Shown here: positions 25,714 through 34,622 of the stretch, piece by piece
Layout of the letters: each line of letters opens with the position of its first letter
Numbering within the stretch: the first letter of the stretch is position 1
Source of the DNA: a virus
Taxonomy: Duplodnaviria > Heunggongvirae > Uroviricota > Caudoviricetes
Reading direction: 5' to 3' (one strand)
DNA length: 64,000 bases
Virus record (IMG/VR): IMGVR_UViG_3300031873_001030
The notes under the pieces: generated by a model
Told to the model about the DNA's origin: nothing
The model's database searches: none
The model's input: the letters and a program-made list of their open reading frames with translations, nothing else
Program-made: the position numbers and the translations under genes

Positions 25714-26358
25714 CTAACGGGATTTATATTTTTCAGTCAATATCTTCTTGATTCTAGTTGAAAGTACGTCTCCTATTCCCTTTGCTTTCTGCAAGTCTTC
25801 CTCACTGGCTAAAAGTACTTTTTCAACAGAACCGAGATTTTCCAACAGCCTTTTGGATATTGTCGAATTTACTCCAGGAATGGAGGAGACTATCTGCTCT
25901 TGTATCTTTGACATTTCTGTCGGCACCTTTTCAAATTTGTATGATACAGTTCTTTTGCTTTCAACTTGCTCTTTTTTCGCAAGATGATATATCATTCTGG
26001 CAGTGTCCATTTTGTCCTTAGTATTTACTATGGAAATGTTGAATCTGATGATTAGACTTGCCATAGCGGCTTTCACAATGTTCACATCTATGCGTTCATT
26101 TGGAAATCCTTCTATGATTATGATGACAATCTTAAAATTGTCCTTCATCCTAGTTGTCTGTTCAAATAACCTTCCATCAAATATTGACGCTACAAAATCT
26201 TGATATGTCTTCCTTTCAATCACTGTCCTATCCGAAACTATGAAGTCTCCAACTTCCAAGAAAGATTCATTCAAGTTGACGTTGGCAAAATTTCTCAGAA
26301 AGTATATCAGCTCTTTTTCCCTGGAATCTGCTGATATCGTGATTTTAAATTCTTCCAT
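25714..26358 (-). CDS. xpf: short XPF/ERCC4-family nuclease with C-terminal (HhH)2
   Basis: GDFIVSDRTVIERKTYQDFVASIFDGRLFEQ (ERCC4 ERK motif); C-terminal IPGVNSTISKRLLENLGSVEKVLLASEEDLQKAKGIG helix-hairpin-helix pair. Confidence 0.6.
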   Translation of the reverse strand: MEEFKITISADSREKELIYFLRNFANVNLNESFLEVGDFIVSDRTVIERKTYQDFVASIFDGRLFEQTTRMKDNFKIVIIIIEGFPNERIDVNIVKAAMASLIIRFNISIVNTKDKMDTARMIYHLAKKEQVESKRTVSYKFEKVPTEMSKIQEQIVSSIPGVNSTISKRLLENLGSVEKVLLASEEDLQKAKGIGDVLSTRIKKILTEKYKSR

Positions 26359-26385
26359 AGTATTATCAGTAATTGCAAAAATATA

Positions 26386-26466
26386 TCTCCGAAATCGGGA
26401 AGGTTACAGATTCACTGGAAACCAGCGAAGCATTGTCGATGCTATGAAATCCTTCCCAGTAGGAGA
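26386..26466. ncRNA. candidate structured small RNA (Y-RNA-like?) upstream of the Ro60-like gene
   Basis: TCTCC-GAAATC-GGGAAGG...CCTTCCC-AGTA-GGAGA long terminal stem with internal loop; inner hairpins CAG-ATTCA-CTG and AGCAT-TGTCG-ATGCT; local GC well above background; strand undetermined. Confidence 0.3.
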
Positions 26467-26598
26467 TAAATTTATTTGTGCAGATAATCTTAAATACTTT
26501 AACAACCGATATAATTGTATCTCTCATACAGCTATGGGATTCATAATACAACAACAGGATGTAGTACAGTTTCCGTAGCGATTTTGGAGGGTACATTT

Positions 26599-26859
26599 AT
26601 GGATACCATCACGCTATATATACTTAGAACAAAGCCAGAGACACATTTCTATGTTGGAATTACTAAAGACCTTGATAAGAGATTAGAACAGCATAAAAAT
26701 AATCCAAATGTCTCTTGGGTAAAAAGAAGAAACTTTAAATTTGATTTAGTATGGAGAGAGAAATTTCCTGATTTGAAATCTGCAAGGAAAAAGGAGAAAT
26801 ATTATAAGAAAATGGAAAGGAAAAGACTCTTAAAAATCATTGGGATAAAAGGAGTGTGA
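26599..26859 (+). CDS. small GIY-YIG nuclease-domain protein (paralog 1; track ORF starts at 26515, likely true start at 26599)
   Basis: FYVGITKDLDKRLEQH...KKEKYYKKMERKRLLKII; GGAGGG 6 nt upstream of 26599; paralog at 35982. Confidence 0.55.
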   Translation: MDTITLYILRTKPETHFYVGITKDLDKRLEQHKNNPNVSWVKRRNFKFDLVWREKFPDLKSARKKEKYYKKMERKRLLKIIGIKGV

Positions 26860-26863
26860 TGGT

Positions 26864-28279
26864 ATGGAACTAAACAAAGGTTCAAAAAGAACGAGAAAAG
26901 TAATTAATCCTGAAGGTTCTATAGTATTGAAACGTTCAGATGAAATCCAGCTATATCTTGAAGCAAGCAATCTCAACATAAAGGAAGATAAGTTCTATCA
27001 GAGTGCTAAGGACAAGCTGGCAAGCTTGATAAAGATGGCTAGGGAAGCCAATCAGGCATACGTCTTTGGTCTTGGAAGATTCTTAACTGACAACGGATTG
27101 AAACTTTCTCCAGTTGTGTTATATTCAGTACTGTCTGACAGACATGTTCCAATTAATGCAAGTGCAATAAAGACATTCAACACTCCTCAAAGAATAGCAG
27201 AAGCTGTATCATTGCAGAATCTTAAGATAGTTAAATTGAACAACCAATTCAAGAAAAAGATTCTTAAGAAAGCCTTGGAAAACATGTCAGAATTTACTTT
27301 GAGAAAGAACAAGATGCTTAAGAGAAAAGTCAAGGAAAAGGACTTGATTAAACTTTTGAGGCCTAAGCCAGCAAATGCAGAAATGGCAAAGCTATACAAG
27401 GCAATTATAGAAGATGACAAGCTTTCAAAGATGAAGGAGACTGAAACATTTGTAAGAGTGAAGTCTTCAAAAGAAATGAACACTAAAGATAAGCTTGATT
27501 ATTTGACAAATAACGTAGACAGGCTTCCAATAAATGAATTGATAAGAAATCTTAAGTTCATCTCTGAAAATGCAGACTTCAGGAAAGACTTTGAATTGAA
27601 GAGCAAAGTGATAGCAAAATTGCAGAATATAAAGGACATGAGGTTCTTGAACGTTTTTGATTTGATAACCACTGTGGTTTATGTTCCAGACTTCAGCAAG
27701 GCACTGTCAGAAGTTGTAAAGAAATTTTGCGATGATGTTAAAGCTAAGTTTGACTACAATGAAAGTGCAACTGTATTATTTGACTTGTCTGGAAGTATGG
27801 AAGGGGAGGGAATAGAAAAAGGTTTTAAGTACTTGGTACTGTTTGCAAATATATTTGGCAATTTGAAATTGAGATGCTTTAGTGAAGAATTGCTTAAGGA
27901 CACTTACCAGAATGTCATCACTGACATAAATAAAGGAAATTACAAGATTGCATTGAACAAGCTTGACACTATCGGTGGAACTGCATTGCTTGATTCTTTG
28001 GACAAACTTATAGATGAGGGAAAGACTGAATCTAATATAATCATTATAAGCGATGAAGTGAGCTGGCTTGAAGGAGATGACTTGAGTGTGAGAATAAAGG
28101 AAATTTCAGACAAGCTTAAGGGAAAGAAAGTGATACTGGTAAATCCTGTAGTTTATAAGGGAACAGTATTCAGGGACAATATAATTGCATTTGCAAGCCT
28201 TACCTCAAATGTCATTTACAATCTGATGATAGGAACAAAGCCAGAAGCATTTGTAAAGATGATAAAAGAATATAAGTGA
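26864..28279 (+). CDS. rsr: Ro60/TROVE + vWA protein (Rsr-like)
   Basis: C-terminal vWA with MIDAS DLSGSM...GGTALLDSL; N-terminal segments IKEDKFYQSAKDKLASLIKMA and LPINELIRNLKFISENA parallel the Ro60 TROVE segments [21 protein letters not shown] and PLTALLRNLGKMTANS (recalled from memory). Confidence 0.55.
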   Translation: MELNKGSKRTRKVINPEGSIVLKRSDEIQLYLEASNLNIKEDKFYQSAKDKLASLIKMAREANQAYVFGLGRFLTDNGLKLSPVVLYSVLSDRHVPINASAIKTFNTPQRIAEAVSLQNLKIVKLNNQFKKKILKKALENMSEFTLRKNKMLKRKVKEKDLIKLLRPKPANAEMAKLYKAIIEDDKLSKMKETETFVRVKSSKEMNTKDKLDYLTNNVDRLPINELIRNLKFISENADFRKDFELKSKVIAKLQNIKDMRFLNVFDLITTVVYVPDFSKALSEVVKKFCDDVKAKFDYNESATVLFDLSGSMEGEGIEKGFKYLVLFANIFGNLKLRCFSEELLKDTYQNVITDINKGNYKIALNKLDTIGGTALLDSLDKLIDEGKTESNIIIISDEVSWLEGDDLSVRIKEISDKLKGKKVILVNPVVYKGTVFRDNIIAFASLTSNVIYNLMIGTKPEAFVKMIKEYK

Positions 28280-28299
28280 TAAAAAAGGAAGTGAAATAA

Positions 28300-28599
28300 A
28301 TGGGAATGTTTGATTATGTATTGGCAGATTTCAAATGTCCTTACTGCAAATTTATTGTTGCACAAGAAAGCATGCAGAAAAGTGTAAACACTGGGGAATA
28401 TGACACATGGCAAACAAAAGATTTGAGTTGCGGTTTGAGGATAATAAAGGTTGGTGACAAGATAAAATTAAGTGGGATGCATATCGGAAAAGGATTCCTA
28501 AACATTCATCACATATGCCCAAAATGCGACAAGCTTGTCGAAGCAAGAATCAAAATAAAGAATTACAAGCTTACAAACAAAAAGAGATACATAATATGA
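28300..28599 (+). CDS. zinc-ribbon protein (99 aa)
   Basis: CPYCKF...CPKCDK. Confidence 0.35.
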   Translation: MGMFDYVLADFKCPYCKFIVAQESMQKSVNTGEYDTWQTKDLSCGLRIIKVGDKIKLSGMHIGKGFLNIHHICPKCDKLVEARIKIKNYKLTNKKRYII

Positions 28600-28844
28600 A
28601 CTTTGAAGACTCATCAAGAGAAAGGATAGAATCCATGAAGAAATTAAAGGACGAATTTTTAGAGGAAGTATTCAAGAAATTTGGAATGTCCAAAACTGGA
28701 AGTAATGATATCTATAAGGTGAAGGACATGTCAATAGGTATCGTTAGAGATGAACTATATCAAGTGTTCAGAAAATTGGCAAAGCAGGAATTGCGAAATA
28801 CCTTTACTAAATTATGCAAGGAAATAGATGGTGATGAAGATTAA
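28596..28844 (+). CDS. hypothetical protein (82 aa; track ORF 28515 probably starts at the internal ATG coupled to the upstream stop)
   Basis: ATGA start/stop overlap at 28596-28599. Confidence 0.3.
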   Translation: MNFEDSSRERIESMKKLKDEFLEEVFKKFGMSKTGSNDIYKVKDMSIGIVRDELYQVFRKLAKQELRNTFTKLCKEIDGDED

Positions 28845-29322
28845 GCAATACAAGATAGTCTATCCAAAAGAGTTTGAGGTCAACGAAACTTGGGGAAAAT
28901 CATTTGTTTTTCCATTTGAACCATTGGATTTGTCAAATAAGCCAGATAGCTTGGGAAGAATTGAGTGGCATATAGAACTTGTAATGGATAAGAAAAAGAG
29001 CAAGGTCAGCAAATCATTTTCAAAATATTACATAAAGGAATTGTGGGTATTTGCCACACAGACAAAAGATAAGAGGTACATAGGTAAAATATTCAAGATA
29101 CCGTGCCATACAGAAACTCTTACTGCTTCTTCTTTCCATCCTGAGGACTATTTGAACAACTTATGGAAATTCACATTCTGCGATGAGCACAAGAACCCAC
29201 TCTTTTCTGCATATCCAAAAGATGAGCACAAATATTTTGTGATTGATGCATCAAGTTCCATTTCAATAGAACCAAAATTCATGTCAAAATTACCTGTTAA
29301 AGATGTACTGCATAAGAGTTAG
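28828..29322 (+). CDS. hypothetical protein (164 aa)
   Basis: ORF track. Confidence 0.4.
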   Translation: MVMKIKQYKIVYPKEFEVNETWGKSFVFPFEPLDLSNKPDSLGRIEWHIELVMDKKKSKVSKSFSKYYIKELWVFATQTKDKRYIGKIFKIPCHTETLTASSFHPEDYLNNLWKFTFCDEHKNPLFSAYPKDEHKYFVIDASSSISIEPKFMSKLPVKDVLHKS

Positions 29323-29483
29323 AATAAAGTAATGATGTAAAATGTATGTTGCGATATATAATTTCTGAAATCTAAAACAATATTAATCATCTTTCATAAA
29401 TTTTATTCTGCTCCTAAAAGTTTGTCTTAATAAGCTAGCTTTACGGAGTATTTGATAAGTAAGTAAGTAACTAGGTAATAATA

Positions 29484-29903
29484 ATGGATAAGCCTAAATC
29501 AAATGAAGAGGAAAAGTTTGAGAAGGGAGCAGAGGCTAGTTCATCTACCCTTGCTCCTTCTTCAAAATTAAAAGAAGAGAGAAAAATTCCTGAGGCGACT
29601 TTTGTGGTTCCTACTTCTACTATTGGGACTTTTGTGAAGAAGGATGATAAAGACGTTTCATTTCCAGAATGGGAGGGACGGTATAGGAAACGGGCTAGGA
29701 GGCTTGGGATTATTTTCACGGTCTGCTGTATTTTGGCTGTCATTTGGTTGTTATACATTTACATTGCTGGAAACAAGGATGTCCTTAGTACGATAACATA
29801 TACTCTTCTGATGTGGATACTTGTGATAGTGTTCCTGAAGTTTGCTGTGAATAGGAGAGTAAAGCAGAAAGAGAATTCCTATAGAAAGAAAGCGGAGGGC
29901 TAG
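29484..29903 (+). CDS. membrane protein (139 aa, 2 TM)
   Basis: Hydrophobic helices in the C-terminal half. Confidence 0.4.
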   Translation: MDKPKSNEEEKFEKGAEASSSTLAPSSKLKEERKIPEATFVVPTSTIGTFVKKDDKDVSFPEWEGRYRKRARRLGIIFTVCCILAVIWLLYIYIAGNKDVLSTITYTLLMWILVIVFLKFAVNRRVKQKENSYRKKAEG

Positions 29904-29905
29904 TT

Positions 29906-30238
29906 GTGGGAAATTACAGATTTCTTATAACTCTTGAGCTCCTTGGGAGATTAGTCTTGGGTGTGAGCTGGCTTATTTTCGTCAGCGCTTTTGTGCGGTT
30001 TGGTGAATATTTTTCGGCTTTTGCGTTTGTAGTTTTTGGATTGTCATCTATCGCAATGGTTTACTGGATGTTCGTTCCATTCTTCATTCCTGTTGCTTTA
30101 TTGACCCCACTGATGGGGTTGACAAGAAAGAAAGATGAGAAACTGGATAGCAGAAGGAAACCAGAGGAATTTTCTGGAATGATACTTTTCAACTTGGCCT
30201 ATGAAAGATTAAAACAGAGAGTAGAGCGAGGTTCATAA
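29906..30238 (+). CDS. membrane protein (110 aa, 3 TM)
   Basis: Hydrophobic helices. Confidence 0.4.
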   Translation: MGNYRFLITLELLGRLVLGVSWLIFVSAFVRFGEYFSAFAFVVFGLSSIAMVYWMFVPFFIPVALLTPLMGLTRKKDEKLDSRRKPEEFSGMILFNLAYERLKQRVERGS

Positions 30239-30241
30239 TCA

Positions 30242-31066
30242 ATGGCTAAACTTACTGCTACTGTAAATGATGTTGTCATGTTCAAGTCTCTTTTTGGTCT
30301 GTTGTGCAGGAATTCTGATATGCTAAAATTTAAAGTCGATAAGGAAGGTATAAGTTCTGTTACTATGCCTGCGGATATGGCGACTTTTCTTAGTGTTTTG
30401 ATAAAGCCAAATTTCTTTGAGGAATGGAATTTTGAAGGTTCGTTCATGTATTGCTATTTTGACCCGCAGCAATTTTCTCGGATGATGAAGAATCTTACCT
30501 CGAAGAAGATTGAGATGGTGCTTGATGAGAATTATATAAATTTCAGTCTTGAGAACGAGGGAAGAAAGAAACATATCTCATTGGTACAGATTACTGGAGA
30601 ATTGTCAGAGCTTCCTGGGAATTTGGGAACTGATTTTGATTTTTCATGGATTATTGAGATAGAGACTTTGAAAAGCATTGTGGATGATATTGTCAATGTC
30701 GATGACAATGCGGATTTGTCTTCCATCTATTTCACATGGGAAAAAGACAGTCTGAAAGTTGAAGCAAGGGAGAGTAAGGTCATGAAGTTTGAGACTATTA
30801 TTGGCCCACCTTTTGTGAAATGTGGTAGCGGGCATTCTTCTTTTAGGACCAATTATTTTTCAAAGATAGTCTGGGCTGGTCTTGGTAAGATTAGATTTTC
30901 AATCTTGAATACTGACGGTCCAGCTTTTATGGAGACTTGTGATGATAGCAAGTTCTCATTGAAATTTATTGTGGCGCCTTTTGTGGCAAGTAATCCTGAT
31001 ATGGATATCACGTCCGAGAATGACGGTAAAAGTTCACAAGATAGTGAGGTGGTAAGTGATGGGTAA
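30242..31066 (+). CDS. PCNA-like sliding-clamp candidate (274 aa)
   Basis: N-terminal pattern VNDVVMFKSLFGLLCRNSDMLKFKVDKEGISSVTMPADMATFLSVL...FEGSF...NLTSKKIEMVLDEN parallels PCNA domain-1 topology; weak and by eye only. Confidence 0.3.
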   Translation: MAKLTATVNDVVMFKSLFGLLCRNSDMLKFKVDKEGISSVTMPADMATFLSVLIKPNFFEEWNFEGSFMYCYFDPQQFSRMMKNLTSKKIEMVLDENYINFSLENEGRKKHISLVQITGELSELPGNLGTDFDFSWIIEIETLKSIVDDIVNVDDNADLSSIYFTWEKDSLKVEARESKVMKFETIIGPPFVKCGSGHSSFRTNYFSKIVWAGLGKIRFSILNTDGPAFMETCDDSKFSLKFIVAPFVASNPDMDITSENDGKSSQDSEVVSDG

Positions 31067-31520
31067 ATGTACAGCGTGTGGAAAAAACATAGGAATGTTT
31101 GGTAGCAGCAAGTCTTGCGATGCTGAAGATTGTAAAGTTGAAGGTCTGTGCAAGGAATGTTCGTCTGCCAAATTGTCAGACTGCGAAAAATGCGGATATA
31201 CATTCTGCATTGCTCACATAAAAAATCATGAATGCGAAGAGGAAAGTGATAAGGAAGAGAGTGAGGATTCTGAAGATGGAGAAGAGGAGGAAGAGCCTGT
31301 TGAATTGTCTGAAGATGATGTCCATATCTCAAAGGATAAGAAATTTAAGATGCTTCTTTTGGAAGATTACTATAATGAAGATATTGTAAACTTCCTTGAA
31401 GAGACGGAAAAGGAAGGGTATGTGCTTATCGGCACCGATATGGGCAATAGCATGTACTTATTCAAGAACTTTTCTTTAGAAAAGAAAAGTTCACAAAAGA
31501 AAGAAGGAGAAAGTGCATGA
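31056..31520 (+). CDS. Cys-rich zinc-binding protein with acidic linker (154 aa)
   Basis: CTACGK...CKEC...CEKCGY...C...H pattern; E/D-rich tract. Confidence 0.4.
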   Translation: MMGKCTACGKNIGMFGSSKSCDAEDCKVEGLCKECSSAKLSDCEKCGYTFCIAHIKNHECEEESDKEESEDSEDGEEEEEPVELSEDDVHISKDKKFKMLLLEDYYNEDIVNFLEETEKEGYVLIGTDMGNSMYLFKNFSLEKKSSQKKEGESA

Positions 31521-31556
31521 AGAATCAAGAATCAGAAAATTCTTTGTATACTTTCT

Positions 31557-32483
31557 TTGAAGAAAGTATTTGGAGGTTATAAAGAAATGATAATGACAAC
31601 AGGAAGTTGGATATTGGCAGGATTAGGTGCCTTCATATTCATAATGTTTCTTTCTGGAATAAGGATAGTAAGGCCTTTGGAAAGGGGTTTGGTTGAAAGG
31701 TTTGGTAAGTATCATAGGTTTGCCATGCCAGGTTTCAATTGGATAATCCCAGTATTTGACAGCATGTACAGAATCAACATCACCGAGACTATGGTGAATG
31801 CTGAACCTCAGCAGATTATTACTATGGATAAACTGAATGCCACAGTTGATGCGCAGGTTTATTTCAAGGTAAAAGATGATGAGACTTCTGTGAAGGCTTC
31901 TCAATATAACGTCTACAACTACAGGTACCAGATTGTAAATCTTGCGAGGACTACTCTGAGAAACATCATAGGTACGATGTCCCTTACTGATGCAAATAGC
32001 AAGAGGGATGTGATAAACAAGGATTTGATGGATACTCTCAGTGTCGAGACAAAGAATTGGGGTATACAAGTTGTGAGGACTGAATTGAAGGAGATAGACC
32101 CGCCAGAAGATGTACAAGCTACAATGAACAGGGTAGTGAAAGCGGAGAATGAAAAGATGGCTGCCATAGACTTTGCAACAGCTGCAGAGACTCAGGCAGA
32201 TGGTCTTAAGAGAGCGAAGATAAAGGAAGCGGAAGGTCTGAGGCAATTTGAGATATTGCGTGCAGAAGGTAATAAGCAGGCGACTATACTTGAAGCTGAC
32301 GGAAGAGCTCAGGCTATCAAGCTTGTGAATGAGGCTGCAGAAAAGTATTTCATTGGAAATGCCCAGAAATTGAAGACTCTCGAAGTCACTCAGAGTTCAT
32401 TGGAAAGCAATACAAAAATAATAGTTCCGAACGACCAGAAAATCATAAATGTGATAGGAAACTTAATCGGCGAAAAATTATAG
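31557..32483 (+). CDS. SPFH/band-7 (stomatin/prohibitin-like) membrane protein
   Basis: N-terminal TM then VRPLERGLVERFGKYHRFAMPGFNWIIP... SPFH pattern with a coiled-coil-like C-terminus. Confidence 0.6.
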   Translation: MKKVFGGYKEMIMTTGSWILAGLGAFIFIMFLSGIRIVRPLERGLVERFGKYHRFAMPGFNWIIPVFDSMYRINITETMVNAEPQQIITMDKLNATVDAQVYFKVKDDETSVKASQYNVYNYRYQIVNLARTTLRNIIGTMSLTDANSKRDVINKDLMDTLSVETKNWGIQVVRTELKEIDPPEDVQATMNRVVKAENEKMAAIDFATAAETQADGLKRAKIKEAEGLRQFEILRAEGNKQATILEADGRAQAIKLVNEAAEKYFIGNAQKLKTLEVTQSSLESNTKIIVPNDQKIINVIGNLIGEKL

Positions 32484-32564
32484 AGAAACTTTTTCAAAAA
32501 AGTTTCATCAAAAAATCTGTGGTAGGGTTTGGTATATTGATTTTGTTAGTGAGGAGTATATAAA

Positions 32565-32807
32565 ATGACGAAAACAATAGTTGAGGAAAGTGTGATGCCG
32601 CATAAAAATGATTTCAGTTTTGACGAAGGAAAATCTTTTCTTGTAGAGGAATTTAAGATTAATGATAATCTTAGAAGAAGATATGTGAAGCTTATTGACC
32701 AGCATGGAAAATTCGAATTGTCTTTGTCACAGTTCAAATGGATTGTTGAAAAAGTCAATTGCATAGAATCTGAAGTAAATGTATATGAAAAACAATTGAG
32801 ATTGTGA
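32565..32807 (+). CDS. hypothetical protein (80 aa)
   Basis: ORF track. Confidence 0.3.
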   Translation: MTKTIVEESVMPHKNDFSFDEGKSFLVEEFKINDNLRRRYVKLIDQHGKFELSLSQFKWIVEKVNCIESEVNVYEKQLRL

Positions 32808-33193
32808 ATATGAAAAATATAAAGATAACGACAAAAATTTGTGACAAGCATTTTGCAATTTTGAGATATGAAAGTGATGATATGATTAGTGCGAAGAAGG
32901 TTTTCAATAAGCTGAATTGTAAGTTTAATTTCAAAGAGACTTGGTTCGTATCTGTTGATGGGATGATTTTTTCCATATCTTTCTGCCTTTATACTTGGTC
33001 GAAATACAAGTCGATGATTTATGCAAAAGGTATTTCAAAGAATTTCCGTGAAGGATGTTTGAAGGATAGGTGCGGTTGTCTTGTGTTGAAACCTGGCTGC
33101 AAGTTTAAAGTATTGTACAAATTCAATCAGGAGCGTTCGAATCAGGAACTTAAGAATAGCATTCAAGATATATTAACTAGGAAAGAATTATAA
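32804..33193 (+). CDS. hypothetical protein (129 aa)
   Basis: ORF track; 4-nt overlap coupling. Confidence 0.35.
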   Translation: MNMKNIKITTKICDKHFAILRYESDDMISAKKVFNKLNCKFNFKETWFVSVDGMIFSISFCLYTWSKYKSMIYAKGISKNFREGCLKDRCGCLVLKPGCKFKVLYKFNQERSNQELKNSIQDILTRKEL

Positions 33194-33195
33194 TT

Positions 33196-33501
33196 ATGGA
33201 GAACTTTCTTCAAAGAAAGTTCACAAAGAAATTGGAGGTAACTGGTATGAGTAAAGAAGCTGCAAGTAAGGAAGATGGTAGAGGAAGAAACGCAGTTTCT
33301 TCCCTAATGCATAAGCTGAAGATGGAAAAAAGATATAAAGGTAAGAAGATTGTTTCGATGAAGGAACGGTTCCTTAAGACTGCGCATCAGAGAGGGAAGA
33401 TGAAAAAAGGAATGACTAAATCCCAGATGAAGAAAGAAATCAAGCAAAGATTAAAAGATAAAAAACCAATATATCAATCAAGGCTTACCGATTATGTTTA
33501 A
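33196..33501 (+). CDS. basic K/R-rich protein (101 aa)
   Basis: ORF track. Confidence 0.35.
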   Translation: MENFLQRKFTKKLEVTGMSKEAASKEDGRGRNAVSSLMHKLKMEKRYKGKKIVSMKERFLKTAHQRGKMKKGMTKSQMKKEIKQRLKDKKPIYQSRLTDYV

Positions 33502-33829
33502 GAAGAAAAAAGTTTCGGCGAGACAGGAAGTAGAAGATATACGGAATAAAGTACATCAATCTGTACATTCTAAAGATAGGATGTCTTTAAAGGAAGAGCT
33601 TGATGAACTTCATGCACAGATACATGAGTCTGGAAAAGTTCGGATGCCTACTAGGGGGGAGATATATGGACATCCAACAAAGCCGATTGGAATCTGCTTG
33701 AAATGCAAAAAGATGTTTCCGACTGAGCAGCTTCAACGTTATTATATAAATCCAGAAGAGTGTTATTGGTTGTGTCCAAAGTGCGGTTTCAAGAAAAGAA
33801 TGAGAGAAAAGTTTTCATCGAGATTATAA
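33494..33829 (+). CDS. zinc-ribbon protein (111 aa)
   Basis: CLKCKK...CPKCGF. Confidence 0.35.
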   Translation: MFKKKKVSARQEVEDIRNKVHQSVHSKDRMSLKEELDELHAQIHESGKVRMPTRGEIYGHPTKPIGICLKCKKMFPTEQLQRYYINPEECYWLCPKCGFKKRMREKFSSRL

Positions 33830-33878
33830 TTAAGTGATAAGAGGCAATAGAAAGTGAAAGAAGAAATCATTAATTTCT

Positions 33879-34622
33879 TTGTATACTTTCTTTGAAGAAA
33901 GTATTATGATAGAAGATGAAATTATAAGCGGGAGAATTTCTATTGGTCGGGTTGGTATTTATCTTAATGCTAAGACTAAAGGTGGTTACAATATAGGATT
34001 TAATTTTCTTAATAGTCCAGAGCTGAGGACTGCGGGCGTGTGCAATATCACGAAGGACCAGATGTTTATAATGTTTGCTGATTTTGACAATATAGGTTAT
34101 GAAAAACTTAAAGACCAGTTGGATTTCATAAATAGGAATCATGATGTGAGCAATTTTCTTGTTCTTACGACTGGAAAGAATCGATATCATGTGATAAGTT
34201 TTGAAAAATTCTGGAAACAGGAATTAGTTGACATATTGAAGAATACTTTCTGCGATTATACGTATAAAAGTTTTGTTCCGTTGAAAGTTGACAAGGGCTG
34301 GATACTTAGGGTGACTGAAAAGAGGGATTTGGATAATAATGTTGTGAAGGACAGGCCTGAATATGTAGAATCGTTTTCTTATTCTGAAGTCCCTAAGAGG
34401 AGATTGTCGCGTGCTCACGTAGAATTTTTTTCGAGAATGTATCCTGAATTCAGGAAATTTGCAGAGGAGAAGCTTGATAAAAATTATTGGGATGAGTTTA
34501 CTGTGATTCAGCTGCTGAAATATGGGACAAGCCATGAGAATCTTATTGCAAAATTTGACTTGAAGGATTTGATAGATTCCAAGAAGCTTGAAATAGTGTG
34601 GAAGGACAATATATTTGATTAG
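33879..34622 (+). CDS. primase-polymerase (AEP/PrimPol-like) candidate
   Basis: FIMFADFDN (motif I, DxD), LTTGKNRYHVISF (motif II, sGxxxH), later KVDKGW (motif III-like); 247 aa. Confidence 0.4.
   Translation: MYTFFEESIMIEDEIISGRISIGRVGIYLNAKTKGGYNIGFNFLNSPELRTAGVCNITKDQMFIMFADFDNIGYEKLKDQLDFINRNHDVSNFLVLTTGKNRYHVISFEKFWKQELVDILKNTFCDYTYKSFVPLKVDKGWILRVTEKRDLDNNVVKDRPEYVESFSYSEVPKRRLSRAHVEFFSRMYPEFRKFAEEKLDKNYWDEFTVIQLLKYGTSHENLIAKFDLKDLIDSKKLEIVWKDNIFD

Noticed and set aside
12988-26358. Search for an integrase, transposase or reverse transcriptase that would define a discrete mobile element
   Set aside because: I found no R..H..R..Y tyrosine-recombinase pattern, serine-recombinase, DDE or YxDD motif in any ORF translation. 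The mobile-element interpretation therefore rests on gene content (MCM, PrimPol, HNH, tRNA fragments) only.
26240-26578. 112-aa + strand ORF overlapping the XPF start and the structured 81-nt element
   Set aside because: It overlaps the 5' end of the well-supported minus-strand XPF gene and crosses the GC-rich hairpin region. The GIY-YIG gene evidently starts at 26599, which has a proper Shine-Dalgarno-like site.
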